Shown here: piece after piece, positions 52,230 through 61,890 of the stretch
Layout of the letters: each line of letters starts with the position of its first letter
Numbering within the stretch: position 1 is the stretch's first letter
NCBI RefSeq assembly: GCF_018350175.1
Contig: NC_058377.1
Coordinates: 14,570,001-14,634,000, forward strand
Direction: 5' to 3'
DNA length: 64,000 nucleotides
Origin: Felis catus
Taxonomy: Eukaryota
Notes under the pieces: model-generated
Seen by the model: only the letters and a program-made list of their open reading frames with translations
Told to the model about the DNA's origin: nothing
Databases searched by the model: none
Position numbers and translations under genes: made by a program

Positions 52230-52620
52230 GGAAGGCCCAAGCCTGGAACCCCAGCTCCTGCCCCAGGAAATGTTATCAGTGGGTCCAGAGGGCAAGGGGA
52301 GGAGGAGGGGGGAAAGGCCTTGGGCTCAGAGCAGTCTGTGCTGTTCTCCCACCACCCCCTGCCCTGGGCTCAGCTGGAGAGGCTCCTGGAGAAGAGACAT
52401 CGATGCAGGGGAGGGGGCTGTGTGGAGTCAACTGTGTCTCCCCTCCCCACACAAGCCTCTGCCCATAGGTCTTCGGTGACTTCACTCCCGACACCCCACC
52501 CCAATACTGAGTTGTTCTCAAGCCTGAAGAAGCCCATCACCTTCTCAATCCAGCCCCCACCCCTTCCAGGCTGTTTCCAGGGCCCAGGGGGCGGGGTGCG
52601 GGGAGGGACCTGAAAGGCAT
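52230..52620 (+). promoter_or_regulatory. APOC3 enhancer (shared A1/C3/A4 enhancer) region
   Basis: DR1 GGTCCA-G-AGGGCA at 52282-52294 resembles the known enhancer hormone-response element. G-rich Sp1-type boxes lie nearby (GGGGCGGGG at ~52588-52597), ~350-700 nt upstream of the APOC3 TSS. Confidence 0.7.
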
Positions 52621-52866
52621 GTGTGAAGGGCTGCGGTGGCCCAGAGACCCCTGGCTTCTCCCCTAATGCCTTTCCCCTACCTCTCCCTGGGGAGCCAGGC
52701 CGCTTGGTGGAAATGGGGTATGCCTAGTCCCTGAGCCCCTCTGGGCTGCAGGGTGGCAGGAGAGCAGTGTGGTCACCGCGGCACCTAGAGATTTCCCAAC
52801 TCTCCCAGCAAGCCTGGCTGCGTCTGGGCACCCTGCCTCGGGCCCTGGTCTAGACTGATCAGCAGG

Positions 52867-52981
52867 TGACCTTTGCCCAGCTCACTGGGCCCTCTGTGCC
52901 TGCTGTCCTGGAGACAATATAAACCAGGTCAGAACCCTCGGGTCTGCCTGCTCAGTTCATCCCAAGAAACCGCTGCTCCAG
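52867..52981 (+). promoter_or_regulatory. APOC3 proximal promoter (C3P HNF4 DR1, TATA) and non-coding exon 1
   Basis: TGACCTTTGCCCA at 52867-52879 and TATAAA at 52918-52923. Exon 1 ends at 52981 (CAG|GTAATG). Confidence 0.9.
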
Positions 52982-53607
52982 GTAATGCCCCCTGGGGAGG
53001 AGGAGGGTGAGGGAGAAAGGACAGGCAGGATGGTGAGGGGCAGAGGACGGTCCCTGCCCAGACCGGCCAGCACAGACTGGAGAAGAGCTTACTGGAGCCA
53101 AGGAAGCCCCGGGGCTAGAGAAGCGGCCAGCACCTCCAGTTGCACACTGGGGGAAACCGAGGCTCATGGAAGGCCGGGCACTTGCTCACAGCAGGACCGG
53201 AACTGGCTCCAAATCCGTGCACTTTCCCTCACTCTGTGTTTAGGACTGGAAGAAGCCTTAGACCCCAGACAGAAAAACCGAGGCCCAGAGAGGGACAGGA
53301 ATCTACCCCAAGTCACACAACGTGTTAGTGGCAGGAACCAGGCCAGAACCCGGGTGCCTTGATTCCTGGTCTGGTGGGTTTTCTGCTCTGGCCCTCGGCC
53401 CCGCGCTCTCTCCCAGCCTGGCTCTGCCCGAGGCCCCTGGCTGAAAGCCCTTCACCTGCCGTGTTAGCTGGCAGCAGGCCCTCTCTCCTCCTGGCTTGAC
53501 CCAGCTCAGGATCCACGGCAGGGGCCACACCACCTCCCCGGGGAGGACCAGAGGTGGGGGGCTCGGGGTACCCCTCTCAAGACACTTCCCCGCAGGACAG
53601 AGGTGCC

Positions 53608-55196
53608 ATGCAGTCCCGGGTCCTTCTCGTCACTGCCTTCCTGGTGCTCCTGGCCTCTGCCCGTAAGCAGCTCGTGGGGACAGGGCTAGGGATAGGGAGG
53701 GGTGGGCAGCCGTCTGCCTGGAGGACCTGGGAATGGCTTGAGGATCCCACACCCTGGCCGGTGGCTGGGCGGAGGCGAAGGGCTCCCCAGAGGCCAGTCT
53801 ATCTCACTCCACCCCGCTCTCCCGGCAGGAGCTACAGAGGGGGAGGACCCCTCCCTTCTGGGCCTTATGCAGGGTTACGTCCAGCATGCCACCAAGACCG
53901 CCCAGGACACACTGACCACCGTGCGGGAGTTCCCGGTGGCCCAGCAGGCCAGGTACACCCTCACGTCTCGGTGCTCGGTGCCGGCTCTGGGCTCCCTCCC
54001 GCCCCTGACTCAGCAGAGCCCGGGCAGTGGGGCTGTGGCTTGCCCACATCCACCGGGACCTGTGCCTCTCAGAGCCTCCATGCTCTGGTCTATGGAACGG
54101 GGTCCTCACGGGGCTTTCTCGGGCTGGAGAGATGGAGGCGGGCTGTAGCCTTCCTTCCCCTCATCTCCTCCTGGCCTCTTCTCCCTTTGTGGGCCCTCCC
54201 TTCTCCAGGCTCTCTGCATGGCTCTAAGGAAGGCCCTGTTAGCTCTTGCTCCCACTCCCTTTTTCTGGGGGAGGTTGGCTGGGAGGTCCCACCCAATCCA
54301 ATTTTCAGCCTGGTGTGTGTGTGTGTGTGTGTGTGTGTCCTTCTGCCTTGTGCCAAGACTTGGGGCCCGTGTGAACAGAAGTCTGTGCTTCCTCTCCCAT
54401 CCTGCCCTGCCTTCAAGTCCTCTCTTCTCCCCTGCTCCCTTCCGCACCTCCACTGCGAATTGGCCAGCATTCACATAGCTGAGGCGCTCACAGAATTTCA
54501 CAGTCCTCAGAACCGGCTGTGGAGTGGGTATTGTTTGTGCCATTTTGCACATGAGAAAATGGAGGCTCAGAGAGGTTAAGGGATCCCCCCCCGACCCTCC
54601 GCCCCCCCCCCCCCCCCCCCCCCCCCCCCGCCGCCCAGATCACACAGCTAATTCATGCTCTGAGGATTTTCCAAAAGAGAGACTGCTTCCCTCTGCCCCA
54701 CCCCACTCAGAGCCACCAGGTTGTATAACCCTGGCGGGCATCATTTGCCTCGAATAGAATGGCAGCCCAGGCTTTACAAATCTCCCACTCAACCACTCCC
54801 CTCCAGCTGGCCTCAGACCCATGGTGACCCAGAGGTCTGCCCCACCCCGGAGAAACAAGCTGGACTTGTGCTAGGGTCCCATCACCCCCTCCGGCATCTC
54901 TTCTGCCTGAGGTGACAGCAGAAGGGGTCTTGGCCTGAGGTGTCAGGGGCGTCGCTGGAGGAGGTTGAGAGGGAGGGTGGAGAGGCAGTGGGGATACGGC
55001 AGGGGCCCCGCCGCCTTCACGTGAGCTCTTACCCCCACTTCCATTGCTTCCCCTTACTGATTTAACCCTCAGGGCCTGGGTGACCGGTCGCTTCACCTCC
55101 CTGAAAGACTATTGGAGCACGCTTACAGGCAAGTTCTCCGGGTTCTGGGATTCGACCTTTGCCGTCACACCGACGCCAGCCTCTGAAGCCAAGTGA
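53608..55196 (+). CDS. APOC3: Apolipoprotein C-III, 100 aa
   Basis: join(53608-53662, 53829-53952, 55073-55196) = 303 nt. Translates as [100 protein letters not shown]. Confidence 0.96.
54314..54338. repeat. (TG)n microsatellite in APOC3 intron 3
   Basis: Perfect GT dinucleotide run. Confidence 0.95.
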
Positions 55197-55334
55197 GACC
55201 TTGACGCAGCACGTCTTCCTGCCCATCCAGCCCGCTGGCTCCTTGGGCCATCCCAAAAGTCGCTTGAAAGTGACGGCATTCTCACCTTCCGCCCCACCCC
55301 AGACCTGGCCCACCCCCAAGCCTCCTGCCCTGCC

Positions 55335-55340
55335 AATAAA
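55335..55340 (+). terminator. APOC3 polyadenylation signal AATAAA
   Basis: AATAAA ~140 nt after the stop codon. Confidence 0.85.
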
Positions 55341-57549
55341 ACTGGATGAGAAGCTGCCTCGAGTGGGACGTCCCACGCATGCCATGTGTGTTCGGGCGTG
55401 GAAATGGGCCAGGGCTCTTCTGTGGGTGGGCGCTGAGCTACGTCTCACTGCTGGCCTGGGGCCAGTGCCCTACGCGCCCGTTAGCAGTCGGGTGGTGTCT
55501 GGGCCCAAGTTTCCTCATCACACGGAGGCAGGAGAGCTCTGCTTCCACAGGCTTGTGTGGAGGAGAAGATGGGGTAAGAGGTCCGACAACACTTTGATAA
55601 ACTGTCAGATGCTGTACAACATGACTTGAGTGTGTCATCTGTGCCAGGCACCATGCCTGGCATCTTTGTGCCATCCGTCATCAGAGCTGTCACTGCTGTC
55701 CGTGGAGCTCTGTGGAGCTGACTCGCGCTACCCAGGCCGCCTGGCCCTCTCAGCCACACTTGAGGGAAGGAGGCTGATGGGGAGTGGCTGGAATAAGATA
55801 CAACTAGGCTGTGGTTTGGGGGCCATCATTTTATATCAGCCTTAGTTTCTTATCTGTTAAGTGGGTGCAACAATGCCACCTCCACTGTAGATTGGTTGAA
55901 TGAATGAATGAGGCTGCGCAGAGCACCTGGCACATCAAAGTACCTTGTAAATGGTCATCCTTGTTGCTCTAGGCTGAGCTGATTTCCCCTTGGGACCAGA
56001 ATTCGAGCCGGGGGGGAATCCGGCGTCTCAGGAACTAAGAAGGAACCCAAAGTTACCCAACAGAGGCTGTTTCCCTTGTGTCCCCACCCCCCAACAGATG
56101 TTCACGTCAGGGAGTCCCAGAACCACAGACTACTTGGGCAGGCCCTCGCTCTTCCAGGGAAAAAACGAGGTTCAGAAAGGTGAAGGCACTTGCCCAATGT
56201 CACAGAATCAGCAAATGGCGGAGCTGGACCTGAAGCTCAGATCAGCTGCTCATACTCTGCTCAGCTGACACAGAAAAACACTCCGTTACTCCTACGCTGG
56301 GTGTCAGGGGGCTCCTTGGCACATCCGGCTGACATCAGCACCTCCGGCCCCATGTGGAGACATCTGCTCTCCCTTTGGAAATCCACCTGGGCTTTTCTTC
56401 TGGCCCAATCGGGCCAGGGATCCCAGCACCCACACCTGGAAAGCGTTCTCACCCAGATCTGGGCTTGACACCTATTACGGCTCTTGATGGCTAGGAACTA
56501 AAAAGCCCACTGCTTTACCCAGAAGTTTGCAAGACACGCTGGAGATGGGGGGAGAGGCAGGGGGCAAAAGGCCCCGTGGGGAGACGGCAGGGAAAGTTCC
56601 ATCAGGGCACTGCCCAGATCTCTGATCTGTGAATCTGGGCACGCACATGGGGGTAAGTACCTGAGTGTGAAGAGGGGGCCAGCTGCGCATAGGAGTGTGC
56701 GCTTGAAAACGTGCATGCGCCTGTGCACAGCCATGTGAACTCGAGTGCCTGACTACATGCTTTTTTAAAAAACGACCCAGAATGCGTCTGAAAAGGGCTA
56801 CCGAACCCATCCAGCTCTTCAGCCCTGGCCTGTGACTTCCGGGTTCAGCTTTGTCATCAGTATCATGGATGTAGCGGCGGTCTACCCAGGATTTGGGGGA
56901 GGATGCAGTGAGATGACGGATATGAATGCATCTTAGAAGTAAAAGTGGGCTAATTACCTGTAATCAGGTGGGGGTTATTGTTCTGACTCAGGCTTGGAGC
57001 CCCGCGGTGGGGGGGAGGGCTGGTTTACACAGCTGTGCTGGAGGAAACATCCGCTGCTTCTGGAAAGGGCGGGACCCTGAGGAGTGGCATGCTGCCCTTG
57101 TGAAAAAAAGAAAAGGGAAGCGTCTGTTTTTGGAATTCATCAAGAAGGAAGGAGCAAAGGCTAAACTCTTTGTTTGAGCTCGTCCCTAATCCTTCCAGCC
57201 CCAGGGGCTCTTTGAGGCCCACCCCAGCCCACCTAGAGCCAGAGTGCTGGCGGGGCTCCTGGCCTGGCCTGTGTGTGTGGGGGGGGGGGGGGGGCGGGGG
57301 GGTGACACTCCCGACCCGGACGGAGCCCACTTCTCCCAGCAAAGCCAGCCCTGTTTCCTGACCCTCCTCCAACAGGGCTGCGGTTCTTCTCTCATGAGTT
57401 TTCAGGTTACTCAGCGTTGGATTGTCTGTCACCTTGCCTGGTCCTCTATGATTTCCTCTCTGTTTGGGCCTCCTCGGGAAGGGGACTCCATCCACTACCT
57501 CACTCCTAGCGGCCAGGTCCTCGCATGAGGACCCTGAGGGGCCCAGGTT

Positions 57550-58700
57550 CCGAGCTGATGGGCTCCGGCTCCCTGTCCCCTGGTCAGAGGCCCTGGCGCG
57601 GTGACGCCCCCTCCGCCGCCCGCACCCCGTTCCCATTCTCCCCCCAAAAAAGAATTTATAGTTTTTTGGAGCACATTTTATTGTTTAAAAATCACAACTG
57701 AAGCCTCAACAAACACAAAAACAAAACAAAACAATGCAGCCCAACACGGGCGTCCCGCTTTGAAAACGTTTATTCTAAGAACTCGATCGAAGGCCAGGGG
57801 AGCCCGAGGCGGCCCCCCTCTGGTCCCGGGCGCGTCACTGAGCGTTCAGCTTCTTGGTGGCCTCGTCGACGATGGCCATTAAGCCGACCTTGAAGCTCTC
57901 CAGCACGGGCAGCAGGCCCTGGCGGAGGTCCTCCAGCGCGGGCTTGGCCTTCTCGCTGAGCGTGCTCAGGTGCTCGCTGGCCTTGGCGTGGTACTCGGCC
58001 AGGCTGGCGCCGCCGCTCTCCTTGAGCGCCTGCAGCCGCGCGGCCAGGCGCTCGCGCAGCTCGTCGCTGTAGGGGGCCAGCTGCGCGCGCAGCGCGTCCA
58101 CGTGGGTGCGCGCGCGGTCGCGCAGCTCCTCGCCCAGCGGGCTCAGCTTCTCGTGCAGCTCCTGCAGCTTCTGGCGCGCGCCCTCGCGCAGCTCCGTGCC
58201 CAGCGGCGCCACCTTCTGGCGGTACAGCTCCACCTCCNNNNNNNNNNNNNNNNNNNNNNNNNNNNNNNNNNNNNNNNNNNNNNNNNNNNNNNNNNNNNNN
58301 NNNNNNNNNNNNNNNNNNNNNNNNNNNNNNNNNNNNNNNNNNNNNNNNNNNNNNNNNNNNNNNNNNNNNNNNNNNNNCTGCTCGCGCAGCTTGGTGACCG
58401 TGCTGCCCAAGGTGTCCCAGTTGTCTAGGAGTTTCAGGCTGAAGGGGTGGGGCGGGGAGAGCGAGGGGCTCAGGGGTGGCCTCCCTGCCGGGGCACCCCG
58501 GGCCAGCCCCGGGGCCGCCTGCGGTGAGCCCCGAGCGACACCTGTCGACGTCCCGCAGCCCGGGGGCCAGAGCCCGGCCTAGCTTGCCCTACACACGGTC
58601 CCCGCCCGGGCAGCTCGCCGTGCTCCCATCGCCGCCGCGTCCCGTTGTACTGACGGACTGAGGAGTTAGTAAGAGACGAAGCCGGGCTTGCTGCCCAGTC
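57550..58700. other. Intragenic 3' CpG island over APOA1 exon 4
   Basis: Very high GC and CpG density (runs such as CGCGCGCG) across the last exon and intron 3. Similar CpG-rich last exons occur in APOA5 (~23200-24000) and APOA4. Confidence 0.75.
57677..57774 (-). terminator. APOA1 polyadenylation signal(s)
   Basis: AATAAA at 57769-57774, ~60 nt after the stop, and a second at 57677-57682. Confidence 0.8.
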
Positions 58701-59506
58701 TTGCCTGGCCCCAAAGCTGGGCCTCAAGGACCTCGTCTCCACACTCCCAGGCCGTCGTCGTCTCGGAAGACGGCCACCCCTGTTGCTGGGCAGGAGCGGG
58801 GCAGGTAGCTAAGAACGGGAAGGGGCTGGGTTACGCTTGCAGGCAAAAGGCGCTGTGATTGCTGAGCCGGCAGCACAGATCTGCCCCTTGCTACGGCACT
58901 ACCACATATTATTCTCCCTAAAATGATTTCTGAGATGATGGGCATTTGGGGGATCCCATTCCTGTGTTCCAGGCCTTCTATGGGGCCCATGAAATAGGTG
59001 ATCCGGCCATTGTGGCTACATCTTCCCACTGTGGCTACATCTTCCCACAGGCCTCTCTGTCCCCCAGAAAGCGCAACCCCTGCCCCTGCCCATGGCCCCA
59101 GGCTGGGTCCTTACTTCAGCTGTTTTCCCAAGGCGGAGGCTTCAAACTGGGCCACATACTCTCTGCCGCCGTCTTTGACTGCATCCACGTACACGGTAAC
59201 TAAATCCTTGACTCGATCCCAAGGTGACTGGGGGTCATCTTGCTGCCAGAAATGCCGAGCCTGGCTCCCTGCGGGTGAGAGGGGAGACCCAGATCAGGCC
59301 TGCTCTGGACCAGGATCGGCGCTGAAGTGCCAGGCTTGGAGGCAGGGAAGAGGGGGTGAGAAATCCTGCTCCCTGTGCCCAGGAGGGTGGCCCACAGGGA
59401 CTTAGGGAGAAGGGCCCTCTGCCAAAGGCTGGCTTCCTAAGTTGGGGGGCACGGGGTACCTACCCGTGAGGAAGAGCACGGCCAAGGTCAGCGCCACGGC
59501 TTTCAT
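57835..59506 (-). CDS. APOA1: Apolipoprotein A-I, 266 aa (140 nt of exon 4 are N)
   Basis: join(59464-59506, 59115-59268, 57835-58438) = 801 nt. Reads [36 protein letters not shown]...LKLLDNWD...[gap]...[13 protein letters not shown]...[12 protein letters not shown]. Confidence 0.96.
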
Positions 59507-59711
59507 CCTGAAGGGACGTGGGTGACCTGGAGGAGAAGGGGGTCCCGGGCTGAGCGGGGCAGGCCTCTAGCGTGGAGGAGCCCAGTGTTCTCCCGCTCAT
59601 TTTAGCCAGGGGTGGGGGCAGGACAGAGTGGGAGAGGGTCTCAGAACCCAGAGTCCCAGCATGGGGACAGTCTGGAGCCAGGACCCCCGAGCCTCAGATG
59701 GCAGCACTTAC

Positions 59712-59940
59712 CTCAAGGGCTCCAGCCGTCTCTGAGCTGCCAGCTCTCCTAGCCTATTTATGTCTCCAGGCAGGGGCTGGGCTGGGAGGCTGATAAGCCC
59801 AGCCCAGGCCTTGCTGCTGCTCACTGGTCCTGGCGATGTGGAACTTAGAGTTCAAGGATCAGCTCTGTCCCTGGGGCCGGACAAATAGAGTGGGCAAACA
59901 GGAAGCTGCGGGGGCTGCAGGGCCAGGGATCAAGGGTTCA
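59712..59940 (-). promoter_or_regulatory. APOA1 promoter / hepatic enhancer sites A, B, C, TATA and non-coding exon 1
   Basis: CATAAATA at 59755-59762. Site C AGCTGATCCTTGAACTCT at ~59847-59864. Site B FOXA-type TGTTTGCCCACTCTATTTG at ~59882-59900. Site A TGAACCCTTGATCCCTG at 59924-59940. Exon 1 donor GAG|GTAAGT at 59712. Confidence 0.88.
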
Positions 59941-61451
59941 GGCGGGGGCCACGGGGTGGTTGCAGGCTCTCAGGTCCTCAGGGTCGGGGTCATCTGGACC
60001 CATCCCTTCTCCTGAGGGGGAGGGGGATATGTGCCCTCCAGTGTCTGTCGTGCCAGTGCAGCCGGGGAGAGGAGGGAAGGAGGCAAGAGACACCAGCTGG
60101 CCAGGGATGGCCGGGACTCCTCCACTCAGGAGATGCCCTCCCCACCGTCCCCTTGCATTCCAAGGAGATTATTTTGCACCCGCCCTGCCCTTCCCCTGCA
60201 AAGGCAGCAGGCGGTCTTCCCACCAACACCCTGTTTTCTATTTTGTCCCAGCAGGTCAGCATACCTCTCTCCAGGCTCTTCCAGACCTCCCAAACCCTTA
60301 GCCTAAGGGGACCCGTGGAGCCAGGGAGTGGCCTGGGGAGAGTGTAGAGGGAGGGCTCAGTGGCTCCCAGACTGAGATTTTGAAGACCTGGCATTTCAAA
60401 ATGAATTCTAGAGACCAACTGCGAGTTGCCAGCTCTTGATTTCTGTCATGTAAAAACGTTACCCACTGCCCTAGCCACCCACCCAGACCCCCGTCTACCA
60501 GGACCAGCTCTGCAAAAAAGAAATGATTTTTTTTTTTTTAACAGCCCACAAAAGGGCATAATGTCAGAACCAAGGGCAGTCTCTTGAATTGAATCCATAT
60601 ATATCTTTGCCTTGTTCGAGCTTATGTTCTATCACACACGGTGAGAATGGATACCAGCCTTCAGGGGTCACCGGTGCAGGGGGAAAGACCTCTGGAGTAG
60701 GAGGCGGCGGGAGACCTGGTTTCTCACTTCCTTCCTCCTCCAACTTGCAAAATCCTGGAGAAGGATCGCAAGCCAGTTATGTAATCTCTCTGAGCCTTGG
60801 TTTCCTCTCAGTAAAATGGAGACAGAAATGGCCGGGGGAGTCCTGTGAACGCAAACTGTGTGCTCACTGGCGTTGGCAGCAGTGTCCTCCACGGGTCCTC
60901 TTGGGAGGCCCGGGACCTCCAATACCAGGTCACCGACGATGGGCCCTGAGTCAGAGAGCCTGTGCGGGACCCAAGCTGAGAGGGACGCTGGGATCAACCC
61001 CTCCAGGCTCTCCTCCCTGCCATCTCACACATGAGGAAGTTGGAGAGAGTAGAATGAATTTGCCCTAGGTATCTGGTCTCTCAGCAAATCAGAGGCAGGA
61101 CTGGACTTTGCACCCAGCTCTCTCTGGATGTAGACCCAGGATGGAAATGTGCCCTGCACCATCTACCCAGGAAATTCCCTAAACTCTAAACACCTGCCTG
61201 GTGCTGCTGTGGGCCAGGTCCCGGAGCTTCGGGGCCCCCAAGCCTCTGCCACTGTAGCGGGTCTCCTGCCCTTCACCTCAGACAAGGCGGCTTGGAGCTG
61301 GACAGCCCTAGGTTGGAGTCCCAGCTCTGCCATGAGTTAGCTGTGTGACCCCGGGCAACTTATACAACCTCGGCACACCTCAGTCCCTTATCTGCTGAAT
61401 GAAGACAACGATGGGACATGCCATCTCCTGGAGTCACAGTATGCGGAGTAT

Positions 61452-61890
61452 GTCTGGCAGGCAGGATAATGCTCCCCAACCTTCCCCCCCGCCCCCCCGC
61501 CAATGATGTTCAGGTCCTCATCCCTGGAGCCTGTAACTCTTACGTGGTAAAAGGGGCCGTGTAGATGTGATTATAAGGACCTTGAGGTGGGTGGTTTTCC
61601 TGGATTATCCAGGTGTGCCCAATATCAGTAAAAGCGTCCTTAAATATACAGGAGGGAGGTAGAAGCAGTCAGAAGAGAGAGGACAGAAGCGCAAGTCAGA
61701 GCGATGTGACTGCTGGAAGGGGGCTGCAAGCCAAGGAATGTGGGTGGCCTCCAGAAGCTGGAAGAAGAAACATATTTTCCCTTACAGCCTTTGCTGACAC
61801 CAGGAGTTTAACTTGGTCTGACCCACTTGGGACTTTTGACCTCTAGAACTGTACTCAGGTAATAAATGTGTGTTGTCTTAAGCACCACAT
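61452..61890 (+). mobile_element. MLT1-family solo LTR upstream of APOA1
   Basis: GTAGATGTGATTATAAGGACCTTGAGG...CCTGGATTATCCAGGTG...GCCAAGGAATGTGGGTGGCCTCCAGAAGCTGGAA...AATAAATGTGTGTTGTCTTAAG. Confidence 0.8.

Noticed and set aside
53554-54579. 341-aa ORF containing the APOC3 signal peptide
   Set aside because: This is a read-through of GC-rich introns. The spliced 100-aa APOC3 frame uses canonical sites.
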